From Eledone cirrhosa (taxonomy: Eukaryota): DNA of 64,000 nucleotides. The notes beneath the pieces were generated by a model. That model searched no databases and was not told the origin of the DNA. It saw only the letters and a program-made list of their open reading frames with translations. The stretch spans positions 21,018,001-21,082,000 of the forward strand of contig OZ024758.1 in NCBI GenBank assembly GCA_964016885.1. Direction: 5' to 3'. Positions 1-14,951 of the stretch are shown piece after piece; the first letter of the stretch is position 1; every line of letters begins with the position of its first letter. Both the position numbers and the translations under genes were made by a program.

Positions 1-47
1 TACATATATAAATGTATATATATATATTTATTAAAATAACAGATTAA

Positions 48-96
48 AGTTTAAGCAAAGAATCGCTGCTTTCACCCTTAACGGGATCTTCTGAAA

Positions 97-98
<2 letters not shown>
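48..98 (-). ncRNA. Type I hammerhead ribozyme motif (U4A core in this copy)
   Basis: Minus strand: AGTTT-CAGAAGA-TCCC gttaa GGGT-GAA-AGCA gcgattctt TGCT-T-AAACT, giving stems I, II and III. Partial copies of the same family at ~16390-16450, ~33683-33745 and ~55895-55955. Confidence 0.6.
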
Positions 99-139
<41 letters not shown>

Positions 140-171
140 GTGTGTATATTAAATGTATATACATGTATATA

Positions 172-230
172 TATTGTGATACTTTGGGAGGGTCATGTTG
201 CTAATAAACATACATATACACACACACACA

Positions 231-290
<60 letters not shown>

Positions 291-546
291 GTGTGTACGT
301 ATTATTCATGAGTTTTAACAGCTCCATCTATTATATATAATCATACACACAGGAAAATATACCTAAATGTTTGAAACGTTTAGATAAGTGTGTGCATAGC
401 TTAAGATTATCCCATTGCCCTATTTGAACTGAATATGTAAATTCTTCAATATTTCTAACAAGAGTTTTCACAAATACTATATATTCGTCAACATATATTA
501 TTATTTCTGGCAATATTATTACAACGATATGACCCTCCCCAAGTAT

Positions 547-552
<6 letters not shown>
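172..552. mobile_element. Two short inverted 3' termini of the Penelope-like family seen at 33.8-34.5 kb and 48.3-49.15 kb
   Basis: tattgtgatactttgggagggtcatgttgctaata (172-206) and its reverse complement atgaccctccccaagtataacaat (~528-552), each abutting (TA)n. Confidence 0.6.
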
Positions 553-639
<87 letters not shown>

Positions 640-1811
640 CGGACGTATATGTTTTTGGAGACATTAGTATATATTCAAATATTTAAGCATTATGTTTTTT
701 TCTCATTTAATGTATATCAGCTAATTATTTATGTACAAATAGACGAGGAATAACATCTTGAGATTCATATGCTAGACGCCGTGTAAGAGAACTTTACGAA
801 TGGACTTATTGACAATTAAGAATTTAAAAAATCTGCACTTTCCGCCTACATCTTACGGAATCTTATCATTTAGAAATCTCTATATTAAGTTTACTGTATC
901 TTGTGATAGTATTTTTCCTTTCATGTCTCCTTGATTAGCGATTTGACTTCATTTTCAAAGCAAATATAATTTTGTATCTTCTTTTCATCTGCATAGATTA
1001 CTTTCTAAAATAACTGCATTCCTCATTAATACTGAAATTATCTAATGCCTAATATGAATAATTGCATATTTTAAAATAAAATTGATTACCGTTTTAGATA
1101 GAAGACTATGTTTAACAGACGTTCGGGTTATTTGTTCCAACCAACAAGAGAATGATATTGCTTTTGGTTCTGTGTTTTAATGTTTCTCTGCTATTTTATA
1201 TCATGCAAAACAAAATTATATTAATACGAAATATAACGTTTTTGAACATTATATAACGACTTTATATTTAAATAAGTTTTGTTTCTTAAACGTATTTAAA
1301 TGTAGTTTTCTGTAGCAGATGCTCTCGGGTATACACTAACTAATTGTAACAACTGCAGTATAGATACATTAGATATATTGCTAATATTTAAAACCTAGCA
1401 ACACTAAAAACAGGCAAGTAAATTGAAATATATTTTTAAGAAATTGTTCAAATTATTTACCTGTCTCAAATGAAAGATGTGTTCGTGTATTATATGGAAT
1501 ATATCATTTATGAAACAAATACACATGGAAAGAAAACTGAATATTGAAATCGTTTTATTGTAATCTCTCTTTTAAAGCACTGAAGTAAAACGATATGATG
1601 TACAATACCTACTCAGTAGTTGAATGAGGAACTTTGAAAATTGAATATTTGTTGACATTCGTACATTTGAAAAAAAAACAAGAACAACGATATATAGCCA
1701 GTGATTCATTTACAATGCAGAAATCAAATTTTAAAAGGAATTCCTAGATGACATTACATTGTACCTCATCAATTTCATAGGCATCAGTGCTAGATATGGG
1801 TATATATATAG

Positions 1812-2527
<716 letters not shown>

Positions 2528-2760
2528 TTAGAAACACACAGATACATGCGGACACACACATATATACATGAATGCATCCGCACCCAACTGTGAGTTAAGG
2601 GTGCCAACTTCACCGATGTTGCCCAATGAACGACTGGGACAGACCAATTCAGTTGAACCAGACTGAACCAATATCAGAGTTAAAAATACATTATGAAGAG
2701 AGAAGAAACATTTAGATATAATTAGTAATAAATTGTATCATACCTAAACTGCTCCTAAAT

Positions 2761-2850
2761 TCCTCGACTACGTAGTTTCGTGGCATAAACAAAAACAATA
2801 TATCATAAAGACATAGAGTCCTTGCGAGGTCTGCCGACTTATCAAGAGGA
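2761..2850 (-). ncRNA. Type I hammerhead ribozyme, U3-A8 core, extended stem II
   Basis: TCCTC-TTGATAA-GT(C)GGCA...TGCCAC-GAA-ACTACGTAGT-C-GAGGA: 5-bp stem I, palindromic stem III, GUC site. Confidence 0.8.
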
Positions 2851-3354
2851 TACCTCATTTTACTAGTCTCAAGAACGCGTCTACACGACGTGAGAAAGAA
2901 TCCCAAAAGGCGGAGGGGGAGATAGTCACGCGATATAACGGTCGAGAAACAGAGCTAAGCCTCTTATAACCCCGAAGAAAATACCACGGAGGCGGAGGGG
3001 GTATTTATATCGAGGCCGTAGAAGAGGTGGCGAAGAAGGCGAGAAGTATGAGTAATGGAAGCTATCCAGCTGTCCCCATACTTCAAAGATTGCTCGACCA
3101 GAGGGAGTTATTAACAATATATTTAGAAACACACAGATACATGCGGACACACATATATATACATGAATGCATCCGCACCCAACTGTGAGTTAAGGGTGCC
3201 AACTTCACCGATGTTGCTCAATGAATGACTGGGACAGCCAATTCAGTTGAACCAGTCTGAACCAGTATCAGAGTTAAAAATACATTATGAAGAGAGAAGA
3301 AACATTTAGATAAAATTAGTAATAAAATGTATCATACCTAAACTGCTCCTAAAT

Positions 3355-3444
3355 TCCTCGACTACGTAGTTTCGTGGCATAAACAAAAACAATATATCAT
3401 AAAGATATAGAGTCCTTGCGAGGTCTGCCGACTTATCAAGAGGA
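3355..3444 (-). ncRNA. Second tandem copy of the U3-A8 hammerhead
   Basis: Same motif as 2761-2850, 594 bp away. Confidence 0.8.
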
Positions 3445-3695
3445 TACCTCATTTTACTAGTCTCAAGAACGCGTCTACACGACGTGAGAAAGAATCCCAA
3501 AAGGCGGAGCGGGAGATAGTCACGCGATATAACGGTCGAGAAACAGAGCTAAGCCTCTTATAGGACTCTATATCTTTATGATATATTGTTTTTGTTTATG
3601 CCACGAAACTACGTAGTCGAGGAATTTAGGAGCAGTTTAGGTATGATACATTTTATTACTAATTATATCTAAATGTTTCTTCTCTCTTCATAATG

Positions 3696-3769
<74 letters not shown>

Positions 3770-4331
3770 GTGTTTATAAGTTAACAGGGATTATTACAGA
3801 GTAAACCTAAAGCTGTAAAGTGTCAGATAGAAAAACACAGGTTGTATATACACTAAAAGAGAACGATTTCAAAGAATTGCACCTTGAATCTCGTGATACA
3901 AATCAATGTTAATGTATAACGAATAAACAGAATCTTTAATATATTGAAGCATAAATTGAATTTCTACCTTTCCCGATTGTTGCACTCCGAAATCTTACTG
4001 ATTAATATTAATACTTTGAATATTCATTTATTCGGTTCTATGAGGCATGATATATCATTTTACGTGAAGCCATGAATAATGCGATTAAAAAGCAGAGATA
4101 GCGTTGAAAAGACATCAGATAGTTTTTTTTAATGTATAAATGTCTTCTTACAGCAAAGAAATAGATTTCGATTAAATGTTTACATCAGATTACTTATACA
4201 GTCTTCTGAGTTAGATATACATATATATATATACATACTTATATTCATATAAATATATACATATATACACATATGCACATTCATATATATATACATTACA
4301 TATATATATATACACACATACACACACACCC

Positions 4332-4388
<57 letters not shown>

Positions 4389-5015
4389 GGAAGTTTAGTA
4401 AAATCGAAGCTTCGGTTATAGCCAAGCCAACGAGATAGATTCAGGAATTATGCAGCCAACAACTCCATGAGGAATCTAACATCGGTTAGACGGCATGACA
4501 AACAGGAAACTGTGGAAGGCACGCCTAGCCAACCACCGAAGCAGGATATTAAAACATATAGTAATATACTTAAGATATTTCCTGTGAGTTTAGCCTTCTC
4601 TATTTCATTCCATATTTACTGATCATTTACGAAATAATAGTTCATTCCAATTTTATGTTTTTACTCAATTCATGGATTCATGTGTAGTTTTAACAAATTT
4701 TAAATCTTTGTTTAAGTGTATATTTTGAACAGCAGTATATTTGAATTCTATATTTCAGTTAGATGAACTATAGAACATTTAATGTAAAAGTTAGTTTTCT
4801 TCAATTACTTCGTCTAAATAGTCTGCCTTGCCTAAAGGTACATACAGCTTCATATACGAAACAGTATTAACATGTAAGTGTCTCTGTACACATATTGCTT
4901 CATGATTTTACTGCTATTTTATTTTGCCTATTTCTTCTATTATTTTAAATTTTGCTCTAAGCCTTTTGTATTGGAAGAAACTATTTCGTAGTAGTATTAT
5001 AATGTCATATTAGAC

Positions 5016-5050
<35 letters not shown>

Positions 5051-5078
5051 TTATTTATTTATTTAATTATATACACAC

Positions 5079-5239
<161 letters not shown>

Positions 5240-5421
5240 GTATATATAGTCATAAGATATATTCATGCCCTATATCCATCCATTATCTTTAATAAAGTTT
5301 TTTTCTAACAGCACTCGTGCACACACACATAAACTCAAACATGCAGACGTACACACACTTATATACCCACATACTCACAGACGAAAACACGCTATATACA
5401 TATATATATATATATACATTT

Positions 5422-5489
<68 letters not shown>

Positions 5490-5563
5490 TTATATATATA
5501 TATTTATATGTGTTTATATTTATATATATATATATATACATATGTGTTTATATATACATATGT

Positions 5564-5605
<42 letters not shown>

Positions 5606-6186
5606 GTTGTATTACGTATTTATTTATATTCGGTGGGGTTTATATTTCATTCTATTTTACTTTTACTGAAATTGTAACAAAAGCTATTTCTCTTAAAAAA
5701 TTCACTAATATACTTTTATATTTTGTCTTACATGTTTTGTATTATTTATATATTTATTCTTACTTTGCTTTTATTATGTTACTGTTTTCGTTAAATCTGA
5801 CCTCAAAATACATTATCGAACACTGGAAAAAAAAAGTTTTTCTAGTTTAATTTATTGTTTTGTTTTATAACAGAGTAGCGATTCATGTTTTAGAAAGCAA
5901 CTACTTGAATAAAATATTACTTTTCACATGTGTGTTCTTGGTGTCCTCGTAGTCATTGTTGGCATTTAATCTGTTATCTAGTTCGTCTTTCTCACGGCTT
6001 ATAGCACCAGTATGTCTATTATTATATACGTAAGCGTTGTAGAATGCCTCATTATTACCATTATTATCTTCATCTTCATAGCTATCGTCATAGTCATTGT
6101 CATCATCACTACCATCAGTATCATTATCTCCATCATGAATATTCAATCCCCATCAACTACATAATTATCATTATCTTTATGGCTAG

Positions 6187-6376
6187 TGGATTGGCAGATT
6201 GGCGGTATCGGTAGATGGTCGGACACCATGCTTTTCATCATAGTTACGTCCCTTTACTGTCTGGGTTCAAATCCCACCGAGGTTAACTTTGCCTTTCATC
6301 CTTACGGGGTCGATAAAATAAAGTACCAGTAATGTACTGGGATAATTGCTGTCCTTGTGCCAAAAGTAGAAACAAT
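6187..6376 (+). mobile_element. tRNA-derived SINE with Meta-like core
   Basis: A-box-like TGGC..TATCGGTAG, B-box GGTTCAAATCC, core gaggttaactttgcctttcatccttacggggtcgataaaataaagtacc, tail ccttgtgccaaaagtagaaacaat. Confidence 0.85.
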
Positions 6377-6974
6377 TTTCAGTATCTTTATCATCATTGC
6401 CATCGTCATTGTCATCGTAACTCTCATAGCCATCATCACCTCAAGCATGAACATTCCATCTCCATCCTCCTCATCATCATCAGCACTATGATTACCATTA
6501 CTATCATAATTATCACCATATTTATAACATCATCAACAGTATTATATAACATTAAAGATATAAAATAAAATATTCGCCACCGAAGCTTCGCCTTTCGCTC
6601 TCACAATCATCATATTCATTGCCAGAATCGTTTTCATGTAAAACCACCAATGGATCGTTTACAAATCATATTATGGTTGCCTGTGTTATATTATAATTGG
6701 AAATAACGGTGAGAAAAAGACAGCATTGCACTTGCTTTTTCAACATTTGCCAGACAATATATTGTAGTTTAAGTAATATCTAGATAGGAAAAAATCAATT
6801 TTACATTATAACAGATATCAATATTCTTCCTACGATAAAAAGGTATTTGGTAATTGGATGAATTATCATCGTTATATACTCTGATGGCAATATATACTGT
6901 CAGAATAGTTATAATTCTCTACTGAATTGTTCTGATTAAATTAGATCTATCGTCGAAAACATCAAACAATTGAC

Positions 6975-7340
6975 AGAATTGTTGGATCAAAGAATCAAAT
7001 GTTGTACGATATTTAGTCCGGCTCATGACATCCTGAATTCAAATACCACTGAAGACAACTTTAAGTTTAATTCCATCGATGTTTATACCACTAAGTAGCA
7101 GGCCACTATGGTGGTTGATTTCATTGACTAATTTCTCCTAACAATTTAATTTCCGTTTCTTGGGCATTTGAAAAGGTATATTGGTTTCTGATTAAGGCAC
7201 AAGGCCAACAAATTTGGGGGAAGAGAACGTCGACAAAATCGATCAGAGTGCATTACTGGTACTTTGTTTAATCGACACCGTAAGGATGAAACGCAAATCT
7301 AACCTCGACAGGATTTGAATTCATCTCATAAAGGGTCATG
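6975..7340. mobile_element. Two degenerate copies of the same SINE family (+ at ~6975-7100, - at ~7190-7340)
   Basis: aggatgaaacgcaaatctaacctcgacaggatttgaa is the reverse complement of the core; ggcacaaggcc tail. Confidence 0.6.
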
Positions 7341-7446
7341 ATTTACCATACATCATGTCATCCCAAACCCCACCGAAAGAATAGAGTCAAGTAGTTTTAC
7401 ATAATATCGTTACACATAACACCTAGGATTGAACCTTGGTACTTGG

Positions 7447-7516
<70 letters not shown>

Positions 7517-7517
<1 letters not shown>

Positions 7518-8250
7518 GCGGTTGTGGGTCAAGCAGAAATTGAAAATTAGAATTGGTGCTCTGAAATAGCTATATATAAATATATATATAGTGTATGTTG
7601 CAATAGACTGTATGCTTAGTTAAAAACATTCCGAAGACCTTACGCTATTGTTTTAGAGTAGTGACAGACTCACTTACTTTAATGTTCAGCAAACAGGAGA
7701 GATATAGGTGACAGGGCTTTGTCTCGCACTCTTTGGTCCTTATCAAAGCTAACTACTCCGCCTGTTTACTGAAAATCATGAATGATTGATTCTTATAGAA
7801 TTCTAGTTATAATCAGGAACTGATTATACAGAGCGGTTGCCGGTCAAACAGAAATTGAAAATTAGAATTGGTACTCTGAAAATTAAAGTAAGTGAGACTG
7901 TCACTACTCTAAAACAATAGCGTAAGGTCTTCGAAATGCTTTTAAATAAGCATACACTGTATTGCAAAATACACTATATATACATTCATATATATATAGC
8001 TATTTCAGAGCGCCAATTCTAATTTTCAATTTCTGCTTGACCGGCAACCGCTCTGTATAATCAGTTTCTGATTATTACTTGAATTCTATAAGAATCAAAC
8101 ATTCGTGATTTTCACTAAACAGGCGGAGTAGTTAGCTTTGATAATCACCAGCAAGTGGGAAACAGAGCTCTGTCAGCTTTATTTCCCCTGTTTGCTGAAA
8201 ATTAAATTAAATAAGCATACAGTGTATTGCAAAATACACTATATATACAT
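7517..8250. mobile_element. ~313-bp HHR-bearing unit, partial tandem then inverted
   Basis: agcggttg..ggtcaa.cagaaattgaaaattagaattgg at 7517 and ~7830. From ~7880 the sequence is the reverse complement of the unit. (TA)n on both sides. Confidence 0.8.
8134..8178 (+). ncRNA. Type I hammerhead ribozyme, U3-A8 core
   Basis: AGCT-TTGATAA-TCAC cagcaa GTGG-GAA-ACAGAGCTCTGT-C-AGCT. A decayed minus-strand copy at ~7706-7750 also has TTGATAA. Confidence 0.75.
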
Positions 8251-9079
8251 TCATATATATATATATATATATACATATATAAGCAAAGGTCCAAATATAT
8301 AGCATTATTCTTAATAGTTTCACGTAAATCGTATATTCCTTATGTCCTTTAAACGCGGAAAATTCCTTGTGGGGGATATATAGTTTTAATTATAAAACGT
8401 AAAAGATGTTTCTTTTATTGTGGAAAACTGCCTCAAATGATATATTAATAAAATAGTCGAAAACTTTGTTTAAATTAAATTTGATGAGGAGAATCGTTGG
8501 ACATAAACAGCGACGTCAATTGAACTCCTGGCCTGTCGTAGGCTGATTAGTTATGAGTGTTATTACAGTAAAGCACCATAATTAATCTTTCACCACCTAA
8601 ACAGAAAACTTAACATTCAACGAGAAATATAAATAAACCGATATGTCTACAACGAAATTGAATAACACAGACATACTGATGTTAAATAGGATACGAATAA
8701 ATAGTTAATAAGGATTTTAATTAGAAGCTATTTGTCATGATGAGGAACGGCTCTGTGGAATATTCATGAGTATTAATGATAACATTTAGAGGAATTATTG
8801 GCGAGATATATTTGTGATATATTTACGTGAATAGCATGGCTGTTTAGTGGTATTAATGAAGATATAGTTAGATAGTGAAGTTTAAGTGTATTGCAGTAAT
8901 TTACATAGGTGTCTAAATGCAATCATCAGTAAATTACAAAATTATACACTGGTACGTACATGTGAGCTGAAGAATGAGTTATAATTGGGGAACTGGGTGG
9001 TGTCTGAAAATAACCCTATTATTATTATTATTATTATTATTACTGTTCTTTGAGTCTCAGTCTTATTATTATTATTATT

Positions 9080-9265
9080 ATGGTCACCCTATCGGGGAAT
9101 TTATTTTCTTATAGTTATGCATAGTTTATTTTATATTTTTATATCTTCATTCTTAAATTAGTTTTGCCATTGTGCACTTTTACTCGACCTTATTGTAAAC
9201 CTACACTGTCCCTGTTTTTGTATTGTCCCCTACATGTCGGCCCTTGTGGCTAATAAATTAAATCA
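9080..9265 (+). mobile_element. Probable Tx1/L1-like LINE 3' UTR inserted in (TTA)n
   Basis: ttactcg..ttgtaaac..tgtattgtcccc..gcccttgtggctaataaa resembles the 3' end of the element at 41248-41630. Flanked by (TTA)n. Confidence 0.4.
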
Positions 9266-9285
9266 TTATTATTATTATTATTAAG

Positions 9286-9468
9286 GGTGGTGAATTGGCA
9301 GTATCAGTAGAGGATCGGACGCCATGCTTTCCAGCATAGTTACGTCCCTTTACGATCTGAGTTCAAATCACGCCGAGGTGGACTTGCCTTTCATCCTTAC
9401 GGGGTCGATAACATGAAGTACCAGTAATGCACTGGCTAATTGCTGGCCTTGTGCCTAAAGTAGAAACA

Positions 9469-9470
<2 letters not shown>
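9286..9470 (+). mobile_element. Meta-core tRNA SINE copy
   Basis: Full head, core and tail followed by (ATT)n. Confidence 0.85.
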
Positions 9471-9513
<43 letters not shown>

Positions 9514-10963
9514 ATTATTATCATTTTCATCTGAATGGAAACTGTGTACAAATTAGTACTACATTTTCTAGATAGATTCATGTCTATTTCTAAAACAATA
9601 TATATTGAAAATTGTATAAATGTACGCGCGCGTATCTTTCAATCTATATGATGCAATGTACAGAATTATATTTATTTTTTCTGTGTTATTTACGAACTCT
9701 TCTAAATATGAAAGTTTGCCTCTCACATTACAAGGGCAATATCGTTTGTCTTCAATACCCTAGTGTTTTCCCAATGAAAAAAAAAATGGATTTTTATGTA
9801 AAATAATATTGTATATTTATATTTGTCAAAAGTATTTTTATTAAATTATGTAAACTACATTAAACTATTTTTTTTTTAACATTGGAGATTGGTTTCCTAT
9901 TTTCTTGGTTTTTCAAAGCAACTTTTTTTATGGCTACGTCAATATCAAATTTCCATATGAGATAAAATTCTCAGATTCCTTATGAACATTTTTTTTGGTT
10001 TTGTATTATATTTGTTTATTTCCATATATTTTTAAATCTTCAAACCTATAAGTGAATGTATTCATAGAAAATATATCAACAAATATATTTACATATTTTT
10101 TTCTCATTTCATATTTATAATTTTGTTTTATTCTGTCTCTTTCAAAGTGGTGAATGAAATATTTATGCTATATAAAAATATACGATTCAAACAAAGCAAC
10201 TTGAAGTTTCAAGATCTTGACCAATGAGTAGAATAAAAGCATATTTCATTTTCGTTATTTTTCGTAGAATTTATCACACATTGTATTAGTAATACAGCAT
10301 TTCAACCGGATTCACAATATTTTCATAATGGTGTAATTATAAATATTAACGTTATTATTCATGATAATATAGAATATGTATTAACATTTATTAGAGCGAT
10401 ATATCCTGAAAGCGGATTATAGAAAACATTCAGTTCACTGTTAAATGAAGGAAACTGAGTAATATCACACGAACTATTTGAAATAATTAATCTATATGGT
10501 ATTGCAGATGATAATTTTTTTTTTAGGGCATGTGGTCATATTTCGTATTATACAATAATGTATCTTAGACTACATAATCGCCTGCAAGTTCGAGGATCAC
10601 ACATTCGGCCAATACAGAAACCAACACTTCCTAGTGGACTCGGTTTGCTTCGTGACAGATTGTTAATTATGTATGATAATAATGTTCGGTCTCCATTGGG
10701 TCGATATATGATACAACGAAATCATGAAGAGATTTGCTTTTTCGAAAGAAATTACATTTATATGCAATATTATCAGCAAAGCAGCTTTATATGAGAACAT
10801 ACTGGTCTATGCACAGACATAGGGTCCATGTTTGTATATAAAGGCACACATACAAACGCACACATAATACTCGTATAAAACATACACATATATACAGACG
10901 ATGCTTCCTCTCAATAAAAATACCCATTCTCTCTCATATATATATGTATGTATCTCTCTCTCT

Positions 10964-11047
<84 letters not shown>

Positions 11048-11427
11048 CTGTAATCAAGTATAATATTTCGAAGGGGGCCGGTAAAACTGAAGGTAATACT
11101 TACTCAATGACTTAGCAATAAAAGGAGCAATTGAAACCTTCTTTCGTTGCTCCGATTTCAGGAGTACCAACCAATCTGTATGGGAATGAACTCGGATCAG
11201 CGTGATCGCTTTGGTTACATTCGTACGATAACATCAGGAGTGTTATGCTTAAGTATTTCATACTATTGAAAGCTTCTATTACTGTATTTGTATTACATAT
11301 ATATGTGTTAATATCCAAATCTATTGCGTCCGTAGTTGGCATGCCGGTGAGCAATCGATGCTCTTGGTGAGCAGAGTATCAATAGTATTAACATATAAGG
11401 GGCCAAAGAATCATATACATATTTATT

Positions 11428-11518
11428 ACATATTACATATGTTTCACTGTCGATCAGCTCGAGGACGATCACTTAATGATCGAACCTTACTCTGGAATCA
11501 GAAGATCTTCAGGTATAT
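11428..11518 (-). ncRNA. Hammerhead-like motif in an inverted-duplicated element (~11390-11690)
   Basis: CTGAAGA-TCT...AGT-GAA-ACATATGT-A-ATAT. The plus-strand partner at ~11616-11635 reads GAAACATATGTC-ATATGT. Stem I imperfect. Confidence 0.5.
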
Positions 11519-12051
11519 TTTAATATTCAGACAGTCTCAGAAGGGAGCCTGCACGTTAGAAGATTCCAATGTCAGGGTTGATCATTAATGGAACGTTCCT
11601 CGAGCTGATCGACAGTGAAACATATGTCATATGTAATAAACATGTATATGATGCAACACTGATTCATTGTTCCTTTACATATTAATTATATATATATATA
11701 TATTATATATATATTATATATATAATGCTCACATTAATTTCTATATTTTCATTTATATTTATACTCGGAATTTTTCCTAGAGTGCTTAAAATGTTTGTGA
11801 CTAATCCCGGTCTTTTAAAAAAACACCGCGATAATATTGCTATTTTGCTGAACTCCTTACATTTTGTAGAGTTTATTCGGAATGTTTTTGACTGCTGTTT
11901 CTTGTTAATAGACATTCGTATCATTCTGACGTCACCAGCCATGTATCTCAATGTGCGTTTAATTTCATAATTCCACACGAGGTGAACTAGCCTGCTTTTA
12001 AATTCACTTTTTGGCATATTTTGGCAGTGGGATTTTTGGTTATCGCGTTGA

Positions 12052-12131
12052 GCTCTACTGAGGAACGGTCCAAACGTGACTAATCCCACTGAAAAGTCTC
12101 GTGATATAGTATTTCTAAGACTATATAGAGC
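12052..12131 (+). ncRNA. Degenerate hammerhead motif inside a ~621-bp unit with terminal direct repeat
   Basis: GCTCTA-CTGAGGA-...-GAAA AGTCT...AGACT ATA-TAGAGC: 6-bp stem I, weak stem II. cattaatttctatattttcatttatat repeated at 11732 and 12353. Confidence 0.45.
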
Positions 12132-12420
12132 ATTTCTAATCTTTCCAAATTGAAGGATGAGTATTTAAACTTTATTTTATTCTGAGTTAAGACTATTGGT
12201 TTTTTCGGTGGATTTCACAAAATCTGTAGATAAAATCTCTGTCTTGATTTTATTTAATTGAGTTTGAATTATTTTCCCATATCTTACGTTAATTATTTTC
12301 TATGTTGACGTTATAGTAACTTATATATTATGAAATACTGTTGGAAAATAGTCATTAATTTCTATATTTTCATTTATATATATATATATATATATAACCT
12401 TACATCCCTTTTCTAATATA

Positions 12421-12488
<68 letters not shown>

Positions 12489-12528
12489 GGGAAGTAAGGT
12501 TCCATAAAAAAACTGTGGATATATGTGT

Positions 12529-12561
<33 letters not shown>

Positions 12562-12568
<7 letters not shown>

Positions 12569-12900
12569 AAAAAGAGATGAAATTGAAAATGCAACTGGAG
12601 TCTTATTTTTTTTTTTTTTAAATATATATATATTTATTTGGATCCTTTACCAGTTTCGCAGTTCTTCTGCTTTAAAAAGGTGAGTTGAGATGGAGGGTCT
12701 GTGGTTTTTCTCACATCTGAGATGTGAGAAAAACCACAGACCCTCCATCTCAACTCACCTTTTGAAAAGCAGAAGAACTGTGAAACCGGTAAAATAAGAC
12801 TCCAGTTGCATTTTCGATTTCATCTCTTTTTCTTTATACTTTCACTCGTGTAGGACACCACGGTTATTTTTCATTTTGTAAAAAAAAACCTCACTTTCTA
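12562..12900. mobile_element. Fold-back element with an HHR in each arm (consensus U3-A8 core)
   Basis: Palindrome centred ~12719. Consensus from both arms: CCTT-TTGAAAA-GCAG aagaa CTGC-GAA-ACCGGT-A-AAGG (12758-12795 +, 12644-12680 -). Confidence 0.7.
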
Positions 12901-13242
12901 ATATATATATATATATAAATATATATATATATACCCATAAACAGTTATAAACATATACCTTCTCAGCCGTGTATGTACGCGCACGCATGTACAAACATAA
13001 TATTTATTTAAGTTAGCTAGACTCCCGAATGAATCGATAAATTTACTATCTTACTCGGTCTACTTCTTTAGATAATCCTTCTCACAAACATATATACACG
13101 TTATTGTTATTCCTGTCCTTTGTTTTACATATTCGTAATTGAAATGGAAATAAAATATATAACACCTGATTCTCAAGATTGTTTTCTTTTTTCGTGTGTT
13201 ATATACTTTAGAAATTGATATTATTGTTACTCACAATTATTC

Positions 13243-13300
<58 letters not shown>

Positions 13301-13721
13301 ATAAAATTAACCGATATCAAAGACAAAGAAGCGAAAACCAACCAAACAGTGAGTGTGTTCTGTTATTAATTCTGGCAATATCATTACACATGTATATATA
13401 TTTATATATATATATATGTATATACACCCATGTATTTACGTATGTATGATCGATTTGCTCCAGTTGCAAAGGAAAATTGGTGACGCGGATAAAAAGATAC
13501 TCCACAGTTTAATGTGTTGTATATATGAAGTAATGTCACGTTTTAACACGCGAACCTCACATCCAAAACATGATGTAATATATATCAGAGAGCAAATAAA
13601 TCTTTGGGGATGAGATACGGCTACAATTGCATTTCCAAACATTAAATCTTATACATCATATGTATATATATGATTTCCATATGTTTATTATCTTGCACCA
13701 AGTAAAAGTATCATCTCTCTC

Positions 13722-13926
<205 letters not shown>

Positions 13927-13943
13927 CTTTTACTTGGTGCAAG

Positions 13944-13978
<35 letters not shown>

Positions 13979-14439
13979 GTGGGGGCTTAGTAAAATCGAC
14001 GCTTTGGCTGTGGGCAAGCAAAGCGACCTACAATATGAATGAGTTAGCAAAGCACTCGATAAGGGAAGGTACTTAGAGTAAGAACATACATTTAAATAAC
14101 TTGACAAATTGAACATTGTGGTAGGCAAAATCTAACACACAATACCAGAGCAAAGAAAACAAACTAACAGGTTAAAAAAGATAAACCCGGACAAATTAAA
14201 CGGTATACGTTTAAAGTGTTTCTGTGAATCCGATATCAAATATCCGACTTACGTAACAAGCACGCTCGTGGTATTCCATGACGAACAGAGGATTAATTTC
14301 ATCAACAGGAGTTCCGTTCGGTCCAAAAGCTAGGTGGATTTTAAATGCTGCCGCTATGAGCGAGCTGAACGCACATTTAGTTATCACGTGTCATTTGCAA
14401 CAAGGGAAGAAACCCTCGGTTTTGACGGGTCGATTCGAA

Positions 14440-14494
<55 letters not shown>

Positions 14495-14951
14495 AGGGCG
14501 GGTAAAATTCCCGAGATCCATGGACGAGTTCTCCCCAGCGGTCTCTGTCCCTCATTATCACTGCCATGTCCTGCATCTCCAACATACCTGCGTGTGACCT
14601 TCAGGCATCAACATATAAGAGGTCGGTCTTCCTTTTACGAGTGTGTCCATGCAGGGGCCCCCACAGGAGCCCTGAGAGCAATGTCAACTCTGAATGTATA
14701 TCAGCCCCAATGCTTTATTTAATCTCTGATATATATGTCCGGGTCAGTATAAAATATGTTCCTGGGTCTTGTATTTTCGTTGCTCTATTGATGCGGCTGG
14801 ACTGCCGACCGCTATATCTGATTTGCTAAGCTGTCTGAACGTAATGTTATTACTCTGGGGTCTTTCCTCATGTGAGTGCTCAAGCTACAGACCGATTATT
14901 CATATACGGTAGCTTGGCCGTATTCTAAAGCTTCGTCAATGTTTTACTAAA

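Larger units (their letters stand above)
2521..3700 (-). mobile_element. ~594-bp HHR-bearing unit in partial tandem (2521-3561) plus inverted fragment (3562-3700); PLE pLTR- or retrozyme-like
   Basis: Near-identical repeat with period ~594 (ORFs 2712-2906 and 3306-3500 nearly identical). Strand switch at ~3562. Flanked by (TA)n. Confidence 0.85.

Noticed and set aside
5901-6146. Acidic Asp/Asn-rich ORF
   Set aside because: Degenerate (ATC/GAT)n trinucleotide tract.
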